Part shown: positions 19,655-29,558 of the stretch, one piece after another
Layout: every line of letters begins with the position of its first letter
Position numbering within the stretch: position 1 is the stretch's first letter
Assembly: GCA_934154805.1 (NCBI GenBank)
Contig: CAKPGM010000003.1
Span: forward strand, 37,323 to 101,322
Reading direction: 5' to 3'
DNA: 64,000 nt
Origin: an uncultured Clostridia bacterium
GTDB lineage: Bacteria > Bacillota > Clostridia > TANB77 > CAG-508
Made by a program: the position numbers and the translations under genes
The notes under the pieces: model-generated
The model's database searches: none
What the model was told of the DNA's origin: nothing
The model's input: the letters and a program-made list of their open reading frames with translations, nothing else

Positions 19655-21886
19655 CTAAATTTTTTCGTGAATAGTTCTATTTATAACATCTAATTGTTGC
19701 TCTCTTGTTAATTTCACGAAGTTTACTGCATAACCTGAAACACGAATTGTAAGTTGAGGATATTTTTCTGGATGTTCCATTGCATCTACAAGTAGAGCTC
19801 TATCAAAAACGTTTACATTAATATGATGTCCTGATTGCATAAAGTAACCGTCTAACATACTTACTAAATTACCGATTTTTGTTTCATCATCTTTTCCAAG
19901 AGTACCTGGAGTGATTGAGAATGTGAAAGATATTCCGTCTTCAGAGTAATCATAAGGTAATTTTGCAATAGTATTCATTACTGCTAAGGCACCATTTGTA
20001 TCTCTGCCATGAAGTGGGTTTGCACCAGGGCCAAATGGAGCCCCAGCTTTTCTTCCGTCAGGAGTGTTTCCTGTATTTTTACCATATACAACATTTGACG
20101 TAATAGTAAGAATAGATTGTGTTGGCTTAGAATTTCTATAAGTTATATGGCCTTCTAATTTCTTCATGAAGTTCTTTACTAAATTAACGGCGATTTCGTC
20201 AACTCTATCATCATCATTTCCGTATTTAGGAAAATCACCTTCAACTTCATAATCTGTTGCAAGTCCTTCTTCGTTTCTAATAACTTTTACCTTAGCATAT
20301 TTGATAGCTGATAAAGAATCAACAACAACTGACAGACCAGCTATTCCACAAGCCATAGTACGAAGTATAGTTCTATCGTGAAGAGCCATTTCTAATGCTT
20401 CATAAGAATATTTATCATGCATATAGTGAATAGCATTTAATGCTTTTATATAAATCTTTGCAACATAATCAAGCATTTGATCATATTTTGCCATAACTTC
20501 TTCATAATCTAAATATTCAGATGTGATAGGAGCATACATTGGTGTAACTTGTTTGCCAGTGATTTCATCTTTACCACCATTAATAGCATAAAGTAAAGCT
20601 TTTGCTATATTAGCTCTTGCACCAAAAAATTGCATTTGCTTTCCAATTCTCATAGCAGATACACAGCAAGCGATACCATAATCATCCCCTAAAGATATTC
20701 TCATTAAATCGTCATTTTCATATTGAATAGAAGAAGTAGCAATTGATATTTTTGCACAATAATCTTTAAATGCTTTAGGTAAGTTCTTTGACCATAAAAC
20801 TGTTAAGTTTGGCTCAGGAGCAGATCCTAAATTTTCTAAAGTATGCAAAATTCTGAATGAATTTTTTGTAACCAAAGTTCTTCCATCAATTCCCATACCC
20901 CCAATACTTTCGGTAACCCATACAGGATCTCCGCTAAACAAAGCATTATATTCAGGAGCTCTTAAGAATCTAACCATTCTTAGTTTTATAACGAATTGAT
21001 CTATTAATTCTTGAACTTGAGATTCTGTTATTGTTCCAGCTTTTAAATCTCTTTCAAAATATATATCTAAGAAAGTAGAAGTTCTACCAAGAGACATAGC
21101 TGCACCGTTTTGGTCTTTTATAGCTCCTAAGTATCCGAAATATAACCATTGAACAGCTTCTCTAGAATTAGAAGCTGGAAGAGATATATCAAAGCCATAT
21201 TTTTCAGCCATTTTCTTCAAATCTTCAAGTGCCTTAATTTGTTCTGCTATTTCTTCTCTGTCACGAATCACTTCCTCTGTAAACTCGTCAACATTTAAAA
21301 TGTCTAATTCTTCTTTCTTTTCAGCAATTAAAGCATCAACACCATATAGAGCAACTCGTCTGTAATCTCCTATTATACGACCACGTCCATATCCATCAGG
21401 AAGACCAGTTAAAAGATGATGACTTCTTGCTGAACGAATGTCAGGAGTATAAACATCAAAAACACCATCATTATGAGTCTTTCTTAAATTATGATAAATA
21501 TATTCAACCTCATCATCAACCTCGTAACCATAAGCTTGACAAGATTTTTCTACAATTCTAATACCACCATTTGGCATAATAGCTCTTCTTAAAGGAGAGT
21601 CGGTTTGGAATCCAACTATTTCTTCTAAATCTTTATCTAAGTAACCAGCATTATATCTGTTAATTCCAGAAGGAGTTTTTGTATCAATATCTAATACTTC
21701 ATGCTCTTTCTCTAATTTAAATAAATCTAAAACATCATCCCATAATTTTTTTGTTTTTGGAGTTGCGTCCTCTAAAAAACTTTCATTTCCAGTGTAAGGA
21801 GTGTAATTCTTTTGAATAAAATCTCTAACATCAATTTCATTACACCAATTTCCTTTTTCAAAATTTTCCCATTGTTTAAATTGCAT
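19655..21886 (-). CDS. pflB: Formate C-acetyltransferase (pyruvate formate-lyase)
   Basis: 743 aa. Glycine radical motif RVSGYAVNF. Active site region [10 protein letters not shown]. Confidence 0.95.
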   Translation of the reverse strand: MQFKQWENFEKGNWCNEIDVRDFIQKNYTPYTGNESFLEDATPKTKKLWDDVLDLFKLEKEHEVLDIDTKTPSGINRYNAGYLDKDLEEIVGFQTDSPLRRAIMPNGGIRIVEKSCQAYGYEVDDEVEYIYHNLRKTHNDGVFDVYTPDIRSARSHHLLTGLPDGYGRGRIIGDYRRVALYGVDALIAEKKEELDILNVDEFTEEVIRDREEIAEQIKALEDLKKMAEKYGFDISLPASNSREAVQWLYFGYLGAIKDQNGAAMSLGRTSTFLDIYFERDLKAGTITESQVQELIDQFVIKLRMVRFLRAPEYNALFSGDPVWVTESIGGMGIDGRTLVTKNSFRILHTLENLGSAPEPNLTVLWSKNLPKAFKDYCAKISIATSSIQYENDDLMRISLGDDYGIACCVSAMRIGKQMQFFGARANIAKALLYAINGGKDEITGKQVTPMYAPITSEYLDYEEVMAKYDQMLDYVAKIYIKALNAIHYMHDKYSYEALEMALHDRTILRTMACGIAGLSVVVDSLSAIKYAKVKVIRNEEGLATDYEVEGDFPKYGNDDDRVDEIAVNLVKNFMKKLEGHITYRNSKPTQSILTITSNVVYGKNTGNTPDGRKAGAPFGPGANPLHGRDTNGALAVMNTIAKLPYDYSEDGISFTFSITPGTLGKDDETKIGNLVSMLDGYFMQSGHHINVNVFDRALLVDAMEHPEKYPQLTIRVSGYAVNFVKLTREQQLDVINRTIHEKI

Positions 21887-22002
21887 AAAATTTTACCTCC
21901 TATAAAAAAATAACCATTATTAATATTAACAAAAAATAAGATAAAAATCAATGAAAAAAATGTAAAAAAAACACACTTCGTATGAAGTGCGAATTGCATA
22001 AA

Positions 22003-22341
22003 TTAATCGTTACTTTCAGCTATTGCTTTCGAAACTTTATAAATTAATTTTTGCTTTTCAGGAGAACATTTCTTCAAAAGATTATTAAATTCATTAGCTA
22101 AATATTGATCATTTGAATCAGATGATCCTGAAAGAATATAACCTTCTGATACTCCTAAAATAGAACAAAATTGTGATAGTCTTTTTAAATTAATATGAGA
22201 ACTACCTCTTTCAATTCTACTAATGAAAGCTACTGAAAGATTTGTTTTTTCAGCTAACTCTTGTTGAGTTAGACGAGCTCTTACACGAGCATCTTTTAAT
22301 CTTGATCCGATAACAGAATAATCTACTGCCATAATTATCAC
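22003..22341 (-). CDS. XRE-family HTH transcriptional regulator
   Basis: HTH_3 LTQQELAEKTNLSVAFISRIERG. It is divergent from the operon starting at 22527. A palindrome TATTAACTAATGAGTTAATA in the intergenic region is a candidate operator. Confidence 0.8.
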   Translation of the reverse strand: MIIMAVDYSVIGSRLKDARVRARLTQQELAEKTNLSVAFISRIERGSSHINLKRLSQFCSILGVSEGYILSGSSDSNDQYLANEFNNLLKKCSPEKQKLIYKVSKAIAESND

Positions 22342-22526
22342 CTCTTAATTTTGATAATAAAAATATAACACGGATAGCAGATTTTGAACAGAAACTGCTA
22401 AGTAATACATATTAACTAATGAGTTAATATACGCAAATAGAAAATATAAAAAACAAACAGAAAATGTTGAAAAAAAAAATCGCTTAGGTTATAATGAATT
22501 TATATTATAAAGAAGAGGAGAAAATT

Positions 22527-23039
22527 ATGAAAAAAGAGAAGATAAAAGTTTTAATAATATTGATATTACTAGTGGTTTTAGTGATATTGTCTGTAATATT
22601 AGCTAATAAGAATTCAAATAATAGTATTAATGAAAAAATAGGAAAGCAATCTGAAGATGACATATATAAGGAAGTGTTGACAGAAGTTCTGTATGGAGAA
22701 GAAAAATATGTTACTCACGATGAGAATGGGAATAGAGTGAATAAAAGTATCGAAATGTCAAAAACAGTTACAATAGATGGAATTAATGATTTAGAAATTA
22801 GAGGAATTAAAATAACAAGCAAAGACAACAACACAAATATATCAGGAACAGTAACTAATGTAGGAAGTTTGACATTTGATGGCGACAGTATAACAATATC
22901 TCTTAAAGATGAAGAGAAGCAAGAAATATTAAATGTTGGAGTGTATATAAATGCAATTAATCCAGGAGAAACAATAACATTTCAAACATCTGTAACAATG
23001 GATTTAGCAAATGCTTATAGTTATACAGCATCAAAGTAG
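22527..23039 (+). CDS. Hypothetical signal-anchored exported protein
   Basis: RBS agaggag precedes the ATG at 22527. Promoter TTGAAA-17-TATAAT at 22456-22490. An N-terminal TM segment is followed by a T/N-rich domain. Confidence 0.6.
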   Translation: MKKEKIKVLIILILLVVLVILSVILANKNSNNSINEKIGKQSEDDIYKEVLTEVLYGEEKYVTHDENGNRVNKSIEMSKTVTIDGINDLEIRGIKITSKDNNTNISGTVTNVGSLTFDGDSITISLKDEEKQEILNVGVYINAINPGETITFQTSVTMDLANAYSYTASK

Positions 23040-23048
23040 GAGGTAAAA

Positions 23049-23339
23049 ATGGATAAGAAAAACTTGATATTAAATATAATAATAGGAATATTGATTATTG
23101 CTATAGCAGGAGTTACTATTTCAATATGTACAGGAAGCACAAAAAAAGAATCAAATGAAGAGGAATATAGAAGAAAAGTAAAAGAAAATATTATGTATGA
23201 ATATATAACAAAACCTCAAGAAGAACAAAATAAAATATATGAAGAAGAGATGAAAAATATAGAAGAGAAAAAAGAGGATTTAAGACAAAACCTAACTGAA
23301 CAAGAAATGATTTTAATGCAAAAAGAGTTAGGCTTGTAA
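23049..23339 (+). CDS. Hypothetical membrane-anchored coiled-coil protein
   Basis: RBS ggaggtaaaaATG. N-terminal TM segment, then an E/K-rich helical region. Confidence 0.55.
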   Translation: MDKKNLILNIIIGILIIAIAGVTISICTGSTKKESNEEEYRRKVKENIMYEYITKPQEEQNKIYEEEMKNIEEKKEDLRQNLTEQEMILMQKELGL

Positions 23340-23360
23340 TTTATACTAAAGGAGATTACT

Positions 23361-25778
23361 ATGAATATGATAGTAGGAAAGAATAAGGGGATAACAATAA
23401 TAGCTTTAGTTGTAACAATTGTTGTTATTCTAATACTGGCGGGAATAACAGCATCCACTTTGAGTGGAAATAATGGTTTGTTAGCTCAAATTCAAAAAGA
23501 AAAAGAGAATGTAGAAACAAAATCAGATTTTACAGAAAATAAAATAAAAGAACTAGAAGAAGAATTTAACAGAGTAGAAATCGAAATGTCTATGAAGACA
23601 GAAAGTGGAACCAATTATATCAATATTACTAATGTAAAAGTAATGAATACTGAGTCAAAAATAGACAGTTATGAATACTATTTAAAAAGAGCGGACGAGG
23701 ATGATGATAAGTACCAAAAACTAACAAGTGATACAAATCAAGTTTCAGCAACTGGACTTATTCATAATAGTATATATGATATAAAGATCATAGCAAAAAG
23801 TAACGGGGAAAATATTATTACAAAAGTAAAAAAAATAAAAACAGAAGAGCTGTTAGGCGCGAATCTGATTATGAAAACAAGTGATAATCAAGTCTACACA
23901 CAAGGAACCTGGACAAATAGTAATATCAATGTTTACTTAGAAAATAAAGGCTCTGTAACGAGTACTTATGCTAGCTTAGCAGGATCAGCACAAACAGTAG
24001 TAGCAACTAGTTCTGCTCAGACGATAAACACAAATGGAATAACAACTCTACAAGTGACAACATCAGATGGTACAAATTCGGCTACAAAAAAATATGAAAT
24101 AAAAATAGATAAAGAAGCTCCTACATTAGAAATAATATCTAGTGGAATTGCTAATCAATATCCAGAAGTTTTAACAATAAAAGTAGCAGAAGGACAAACA
24201 TCGATAAAATCAATTACGCTACCTGATGGAACTACGATAAGTGGAAATGGTGGAAACACATATAACACTACATATAGCACAACTATAAATGGACCTATAA
24301 GCTGTAGTGTGGAAGATACATTAGGAAATAAAGGAACAGTAAATTATCAAGTACAAAATGTAATTAATTTCGAAACTGAGTGGACAATAACATCAGCAAG
24401 TACAGAAGTAACAGTACCTGTAACTGGAACTGTAAATGTATATATTGATTATGGAGATGGGACAAAAGAAAAGGTAACAAGTCAAAACCCTACACACACA
24501 TACAAGAGTGCAGGCACATATACAATGAAAATATCTGGAAACTGCACAAAATTCGAAAGCAATAGCTTTACACAAAATTATATAACTAAACTGAATAGAT
24601 GGGGATGTTTAAATAACACAAATTATAGCTTTAGTAATTGCACTAAAATGGCAGGAACAATTCCATCGCCACATTCAAAAAGCTTTGCAAATTTGGCTTC
24701 TGCAGATTCCTTATTCACAAATTGCAGTAGCTTAACAGGAACTATACCTGGTGATTTGTTTGATACTTGTACGGGACTAAAAACATTTTCTAACACATTC
24801 GAAGGGTGTAGTGGTTTAACTGCAATACCAGAGGAGTTATTTGCAAAATGTACAGGAGTAACAAGTTTTGAATACACATTTAATCAATGTAATGGATTAA
24901 CAAGTATTCCATCAGGATTATTTAATAAAAATACAAATGTAATTAAATTTGATCACATTTTTTCTAATTGTGACGGGATAACAAGCATTCCGGCTACGTT
25001 GTTTGCAAACAACAAAAAAGTAACACATTTTGAATATATATTTTATGATTGCGATGGAATAACGTCAAGTATACCAGAAGCACTATTTGCAAATAGCCCA
25101 GAAGTAGTATCTTTCAATGGAATATTTAGTAGATGCACAAATATATCGGGAGCCATACCAGCAAATCTATTTGCAAATAATAAGAAAGTAACAAGTTTGG
25201 TAGAAACTTTTGCAGCATGCAGAACGATTACAACAATACCATCGACTTTGCTTAAAAATAACACAGAAATAACGACCTTTGAAGATACTTTTGCTTTTAT
25301 GCAAGGATTAACAGCAACTAGAAACACAAGTACAGGATTACAAGAACAAATACCAACTGGTTTATTTGATTCTTGTACAAAAGCAGAGTTATTTCATTCT
25401 ACATTTGAGTTTAGTTGGTTAACTTGTTCACCACCTGCAACTTTATTTGCAAAATGTACAGAAGCGACAGAGTTTTGGAATACTTTTTCAACAAACCATT
25501 TTACAACAATTCCTGCAACACTTTTTAGTCAAAATACTAAAGTTACTAGTTTTTCACAAACATTTACAAATTGCTGGAAATTAACCAAAATACCGTCTAC
25601 TTTATTTGACAAATGCCCAAATGTAGAATCATTTAGCAATACATTTAGTAGTTGCGAAGCACTTACAGGATCTGCTCCAAAACTATGGAGTAGAACTAAT
25701 GTAAAATATAGTTCAGGTTGTTTCAAAGATTGTAAGAAACTATCAAATTATTCAAGGATACCAACAGGATGGAAATAA
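23361..25778 (+). CDS. Pilin-like class-III signal peptide surface protein with PKD-like domain and BspA-type leucine-rich repeats
   Basis: N-terminus KGITIIALVVTIVVILILAGIT. PKD motif YIDYGDGT...THTY...GTYT. About 20 tandem ~23-aa repeats of the form FxxCxxLTxIPxxLFxxC. Paralog of 56102-59005. Confidence 0.85.
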   Translation: MNMIVGKNKGITIIALVVTIVVILILAGITASTLSGNNGLLAQIQKEKENVETKSDFTENKIKELEEEFNRVEIEMSMKTESGTNYINITNVKVMNTESKIDSYEYYLKRADEDDDKYQKLTSDTNQVSATGLIHNSIYDIKIIAKSNGENIITKVKKIKTEELLGANLIMKTSDNQVYTQGTWTNSNINVYLENKGSVTSTYASLAGSAQTVVATSSAQTINTNGITTLQVTTSDGTNSATKKYEIKIDKEAPTLEIISSGIANQYPEVLTIKVAEGQTSIKSITLPDGTTISGNGGNTYNTTYSTTINGPISCSVEDTLGNKGTVNYQVQNVINFETEWTITSASTEVTVPVTGTVNVYIDYGDGTKEKVTSQNPTHTYKSAGTYTMKISGNCTKFESNSFTQNYITKLNRWGCLNNTNYSFSNCTKMAGTIPSPHSKSFANLASADSLFTNCSSLTGTIPGDLFDTCTGLKTFSNTFEGCSGLTAIPEELFAKCTGVTSFEYTFNQCNGLTSIPSGLFNKNTNVIKFDHIFSNCDGITSIPATLFANNKKVTHFEYIFYDCDGITSSIPEALFANSPEVVSFNGIFSRCTNISGAIPANLFANNKKVTSLVETFAACRTITTIPSTLLKNNTEITTFEDTFAFMQGLTATRNTSTGLQEQIPTGLFDSCTKAELFHSTFEFSWLTCSPPATLFAKCTEATEFWNTFSTNHFTTIPATLFSQNTKVTSFSQTFTNCWKLTKIPSTLFDKCPNVESFSNTFSSCEALTGSAPKLWSRTNVKYSSGCFKDCKKLSNYSRIPTGWK

Positions 25779-25873
25779 TCAAAAAAATTGCAATAAACCT
25801 TGTAAAATTTAATAGAAATTGGTATACTATAATAGATATTAAATATCAACTTAAATAATGGAGGTAATTTATT

Positions 25874-26296
25874 ATGGAAAAAGAAGAAAATAAAGCAGTA
25901 GAGGAAGAAATTACAATAGAGAATCAAGAAGGTGAATCAAGCAATATAAAAATATCAAACGAAGTAGTTGCTGTTATAGCTGGTAAAGCTGTATCAGAAG
26001 CTCCAGGAGTATACGCAATGGCTGGAGGATTTGCTGGTGGAATATCAGAAGTATTAAGCGGAAAGAAAAATTTATCAAAAGGAATTAAAGTAGAAGTAGG
26101 AGAAAAAGAAACAAGAATAGATGTAAATATCATAGTAGAATATGGAACAAGAATTCCAGATGTTGCATTTGATATTCAAAACAGAGTTAAATCAGCTGTA
26201 GAAGGAATGACAGGACTAAAAGTTGTAGCTGTTAATGTACATGTACAAGGAGTAAACACAGAAACTCAAGAAGAATCAGAAACAGAAAATAAATAA
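25874..26296 (+). CDS. asp23: Asp23/Gls24 family alkaline shock protein
   Basis: DUF322 core ISNEVVAVIAGKAVSEAPGV ... VNVHVQGV. Confidence 0.85.
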   Translation: MEKEENKAVEEEITIENQEGESSNIKISNEVVAVIAGKAVSEAPGVYAMAGGFAGGISEVLSGKKNLSKGIKVEVGEKETRIDVNIIVEYGTRIPDVAFDIQNRVKSAVEGMTGLKVVAVNVHVQGVNTETQEESETENK

Positions 26297-26394
26297 ACAA
26301 AAAATTCTTATAAAGGCACGCATTTTTCACCGTGCCTTTATAAAGGTTACAGAAACAAAGCGTTTCTGGTTGCAGGAAAGGAACGAGATAAAAA

Positions 26395-26949
26395 ATGAAG
26401 GTTTTAGATAAAATAATATTATGTGTATTTTCAGTATTAGTATTGTTAATGTCAATACTAGTATGTTCTTTTATATTTGGATGGGTAGAATTACCAACAT
26501 TCTATATGTTTTTTACGAGTGTGCTAAAAGACACAACAACTTGTAATATCCTTTTAGGAATAAATATTGTATTTATATTATTAGCAATTAAAGGTATATT
26601 CTTTGAATCATCAGATAAAGAAGAAAAATATAAAGAAGGAATACTTTTAGAAAATGAAGATGGTAAATTATTGATAACAAAAGATACACTTACAAGTATA
26701 GTAAATTCGGTTGTTAGCGGATTTGATAGTGTAAAAAGTCAACAAACTAAAATACTATTTGATAAAGACAATGACTTATCAATAATATTGACAATAGAAG
26801 TATCAGAGAAAGCAATAATAAAAGAATTAAGTAATAACATACAAATAAGAGTAAAAGAAACTATAAAGAAATCTTTGGACATAGAAGTGAAAAGCTTGGA
26901 TATAAGAGTAAAAGATATGGTAAGACCAGAAGAAACAAAAGAATTATAA
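26395..26949 (+). CDS. Alkaline shock response membrane anchor protein AmaP-like
   Basis: N-terminal TM helices. Sits between asp23 and the DUF2273 gene, as in asp23 operons. Confidence 0.5.
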   Translation: MKVLDKIILCVFSVLVLLMSILVCSFIFGWVELPTFYMFFTSVLKDTTTCNILLGINIVFILLAIKGIFFESSDKEEKYKEGILLENEDGKLLITKDTLTSIVNSVVSGFDSVKSQQTKILFDKDNDLSIILTIEVSEKAIIKELSNNIQIRVKETIKKSLDIEVKSLDIRVKDMVRPEETKEL

Positions 26950-26981
26950 AACTTATAGCAGAGCGAAAGGAATGAAATATA

Positions 26982-27185
26982 ATGGATGAGATAAAGAATT
27001 TTTTTAAGAATTATGGTGGAGGAATAATAGGAGCAATTGTAGCAATCATATTATTGTGTACACGTTTATATAATTTAATTATTTGGATACTACTAATTTG
27101 CTTAGGAATATATGTAGGAAACTATGTACAACATAATAAACAAACAGTAAAAGAAAAACTAAAAAAATTCATAGATAGATTATAA
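26982..27185 (+). CDS. DUF2273 small integral membrane protein (asp23 operon member)
   Basis: 67 aa with two TM segments (GGGIIGAIVAIILL...). Conserved operon position. Confidence 0.6.
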   Translation: MDEIKNFFKNYGGGIIGAIVAIILLCTRLYNLIIWILLICLGIYVGNYVQHNKQTVKEKLKKFIDRL

Positions 27186-27198
27186 TAAGGGGATTCAA

Positions 27199-27606
27199 AT
27201 GGAAGAAATGACAAAAAGAGAGCTTGCTTTTTGCTATATTTATAGCCAAGAAATACAAAAACAAAATAGCAAAAGCCAAGTAAAATTATTCTTAGACAGT
27301 ACAGAAGTAGAAGACGGTAAAGCAAGAGAATATGTAAAAGAAATAGCAAAAGGAATAAAAGAAAATGATGAGGAAATTACAAAAATAATTTCTGAAAATC
27401 TAAAAGCAGGATGGACTATAGATAGAATATCTACAGTAGATTTATCTTTACTAAAACTTGCAATATACGAAATAAAATACATAAAAACACCATACAAAAT
27501 TATAATAAATGAAGTAGTAAATATGGCTAAAAAATATGGAGAAGAAACTGCTGGATCGTTTATAAATGGTGTATTAGCAAAGGTAGTGGAAAAGGATGCA
27601 ATATAA
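27199..27606 (+). CDS. nusB: Transcription antitermination factor NusB
   Basis: NusB motifs GWTIDRIS and AKKYGEETAGSFINGVL. Confidence 0.85.
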   Translation: MEEMTKRELAFCYIYSQEIQKQNSKSQVKLFLDSTEVEDGKAREYVKEIAKGIKENDEEITKIISENLKAGWTIDRISTVDLSLLKLAIYEIKYIKTPYKIIINEVVNMAKKYGEETAGSFINGVLAKVVEKDAI

Positions 27607-28786
27607 TCCAATAACAGTAACAGATTTGAATAAATACATAAAAGGCAGAATAGATAATGATGAAATGCTAAACAATGTGCTAGTAAAAGGAGAAATATCA
27701 AACTTCAAAAATCATTATACAGGTCATATGTATTTTACTTTAAAAGATGAAAATTCGTTGATTAAATGCGTAATGTTTAAAACATATACTACGCATTTAT
27801 CATTTATGCCAAAAGACGGAATGAAGGTAATGGTTCTAGGTGGCGTTTCTGTATTTGAAAGAGATGGAGTATATCAAATATATGCAAAAGCTATGAAAGA
27901 AGATGGCTTAGGAAACCTATATGTTGCATATGAGGAGCTAAAAAATAAACTTAGCAACGAAGGTTTATTTGATGAAAAATATAAAAAGCCAATTCCGTTT
28001 ATGCCAAAAACAATAGGAGTTTTAACATCAAATACAGGTGCAGTAATAAGAGATATAATAAATGTAAGCACGAGGAGAAATCCTAATGTGAATATACGCT
28101 TATATCCTGTACCAGTACAAGGAAACGGAGCAGGAGAAAAAATAGCAGAAGGCATCGAATTTATGAATAAAAATAAATTAGCAGATGTACTAATAATAGG
28201 CAGAGGTGGAGGATCCATAGAAGATTTATGGCCATTTAATGAAGAAGTAGTTGCAAGGGCTATATTTAATTCTGAGATTCCGATAATATCAGCAGTTGGA
28301 CATGAAACAGATTTTACAATAGCAGACTTTGTTGCAGATTTAAGAGCACCAACACCATCTGCTGCGGCGGAATTAGCAGTTGCAAATATTGATGATGTAA
28401 AAGAAACTTTAAAAGCATACAATAATAGATATAAAGTATCATTGAAAAAGAAAATCGAACTTATGAAAATGTCATATGAAAAATGTATGACAAGGCAGGC
28501 TTTTAAAAATCCTACTCAAAAAATCAATGAACAATATATGTTGATAGATATGAAAGTAAAATCTCTACAAAATAGCATATTATTAAAAATAAAGGAAGAT
28601 AAAACTAAATTTGTAAAAGAAGTGGCAAAGCTAGATGCTTTAAGCCCTCTAAAAACGTTAACGAGAGGATATAGCATAATATCTAAACAAGATGGAAGAA
28701 TAGCAAAAGAAGTCAAAGATTTATCTCAAGGAGAAAAAGTTTCAGTTAGGTTGAGTGACGGAAGTGTTGATGCACAAGTATTATAA
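27596..28786 (+). CDS. xseA: Exodeoxyribonuclease VII large subunit
   Basis: N-terminal OB fold, and the nusB-xseA-xseB gene order. Confidence 0.9.
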   Translation: MQYNPITVTDLNKYIKGRIDNDEMLNNVLVKGEISNFKNHYTGHMYFTLKDENSLIKCVMFKTYTTHLSFMPKDGMKVMVLGGVSVFERDGVYQIYAKAMKEDGLGNLYVAYEELKNKLSNEGLFDEKYKKPIPFMPKTIGVLTSNTGAVIRDIINVSTRRNPNVNIRLYPVPVQGNGAGEKIAEGIEFMNKNKLADVLIIGRGGGSIEDLWPFNEEVVARAIFNSEIPIISAVGHETDFTIADFVADLRAPTPSAAAELAVANIDDVKETLKAYNNRYKVSLKKKIELMKMSYEKCMTRQAFKNPTQKINEQYMLIDMKVKSLQNSILLKIKEDKTKFVKEVAKLDALSPLKTLTRGYSIISKQDGRIAKEVKDLSQGEKVSVRLSDGSVDAQVL

Positions 28787-28806
28787 CCTTAGAAAGGAAA
28801 ATAAGA

Positions 28807-29043
28807 ATGAAAGAAGATATAAATTTTGAAGATGCAATGAAAGAATTAGAAAAGATAGCAGAAGAGCTAGAAAAAGGAAATCTAAGCTTAGATGAATCTG
28901 TTAGCAAATTTGAAGATGGAATGAAACTATCAAAAAAATGTAGTGATTTATTAGATACAGCAGAAAAGAAAATTACTATGTTAATAAATGATAATGGAAA
29001 TATAAAGGAAGAAAAATTTAATGTTGAGAACATTGAGGATTAA
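28807..29043 (+). CDS. xseB: Exodeoxyribonuclease VII small subunit
   Basis: 78 aa coiled-coil FEDAMKELEKIAEELEKGNLSLDES. Confidence 0.85.
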   Translation: MKEDINFEDAMKELEKIAEELEKGNLSLDESVSKFEDGMKLSKKCSDLLDTAEKKITMLINDNGNIKEEKFNVENIED

Positions 29044-29068
29044 TTAACAAAAGAAGGGGATAAGTAGA

Positions 29069-29500
29069 ATGGATTTTTATACACAATACAGATATTTAAT
29101 AGTTCCTTTTGTAACTTGGCTTTGTGTACAAACTTTTAAGGTTTTATGGGAACTTGCGACAACGAAAAAACTTAACTTTAAGAGAATAATTGGCGCGGGA
29201 GGAATGCCAAGTTCACATACTGCTATAGTTATATCGATAACAACAATGGTAGGGAGAAGTCAAGGAATAGACTCGGTAATATTTGCTGTATCATTGATAT
29301 TTTCACTAGTGGTAATGTATGATGCTTGTGGTGTTAGAAGACAGGCAGGAAAACAAGCTAGAATCTTAAATGATATAGTTAATACACCAGGACTTACAAC
29401 AGTTCAAGTAAGAGAAAAACTAGTAGAAGCATTAGGTCATACACCACTTCAAGTAATAGTTGGAGCAATAGTAGGTTTTGCGGCAGGAATGTTATTTTAA
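29069..29500 (+). CDS. Divergent PAP2 family membrane protein
   Basis: GMPSSHTA motif and TM topology. Confidence 0.7.
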   Translation: MDFYTQYRYLIVPFVTWLCVQTFKVLWELATTKKLNFKRIIGAGGMPSSHTAIVISITTMVGRSQGIDSVIFAVSLIFSLVVMYDACGVRRQAGKQARILNDIVNTPGLTTVQVREKLVEALGHTPLQVIVGAIVGFAAGMLF

Positions 29501-29558
29501 AATTTAAATTCGCTCAATAGAGACTCCATTTTTGAGTGAGAGAATAGGAGAAATTGTT

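Noticed and set aside
24560-25740. Periodic ~69-bp DNA repeats (also about 57400-58900) that might look like CRISPR or tandem repeats
   Set aside because: They are in-frame coding repeats (BspA-type LRR) inside long ORFs, with degenerate rather than identical units and no spacer/repeat alternation. No cas genes are present.
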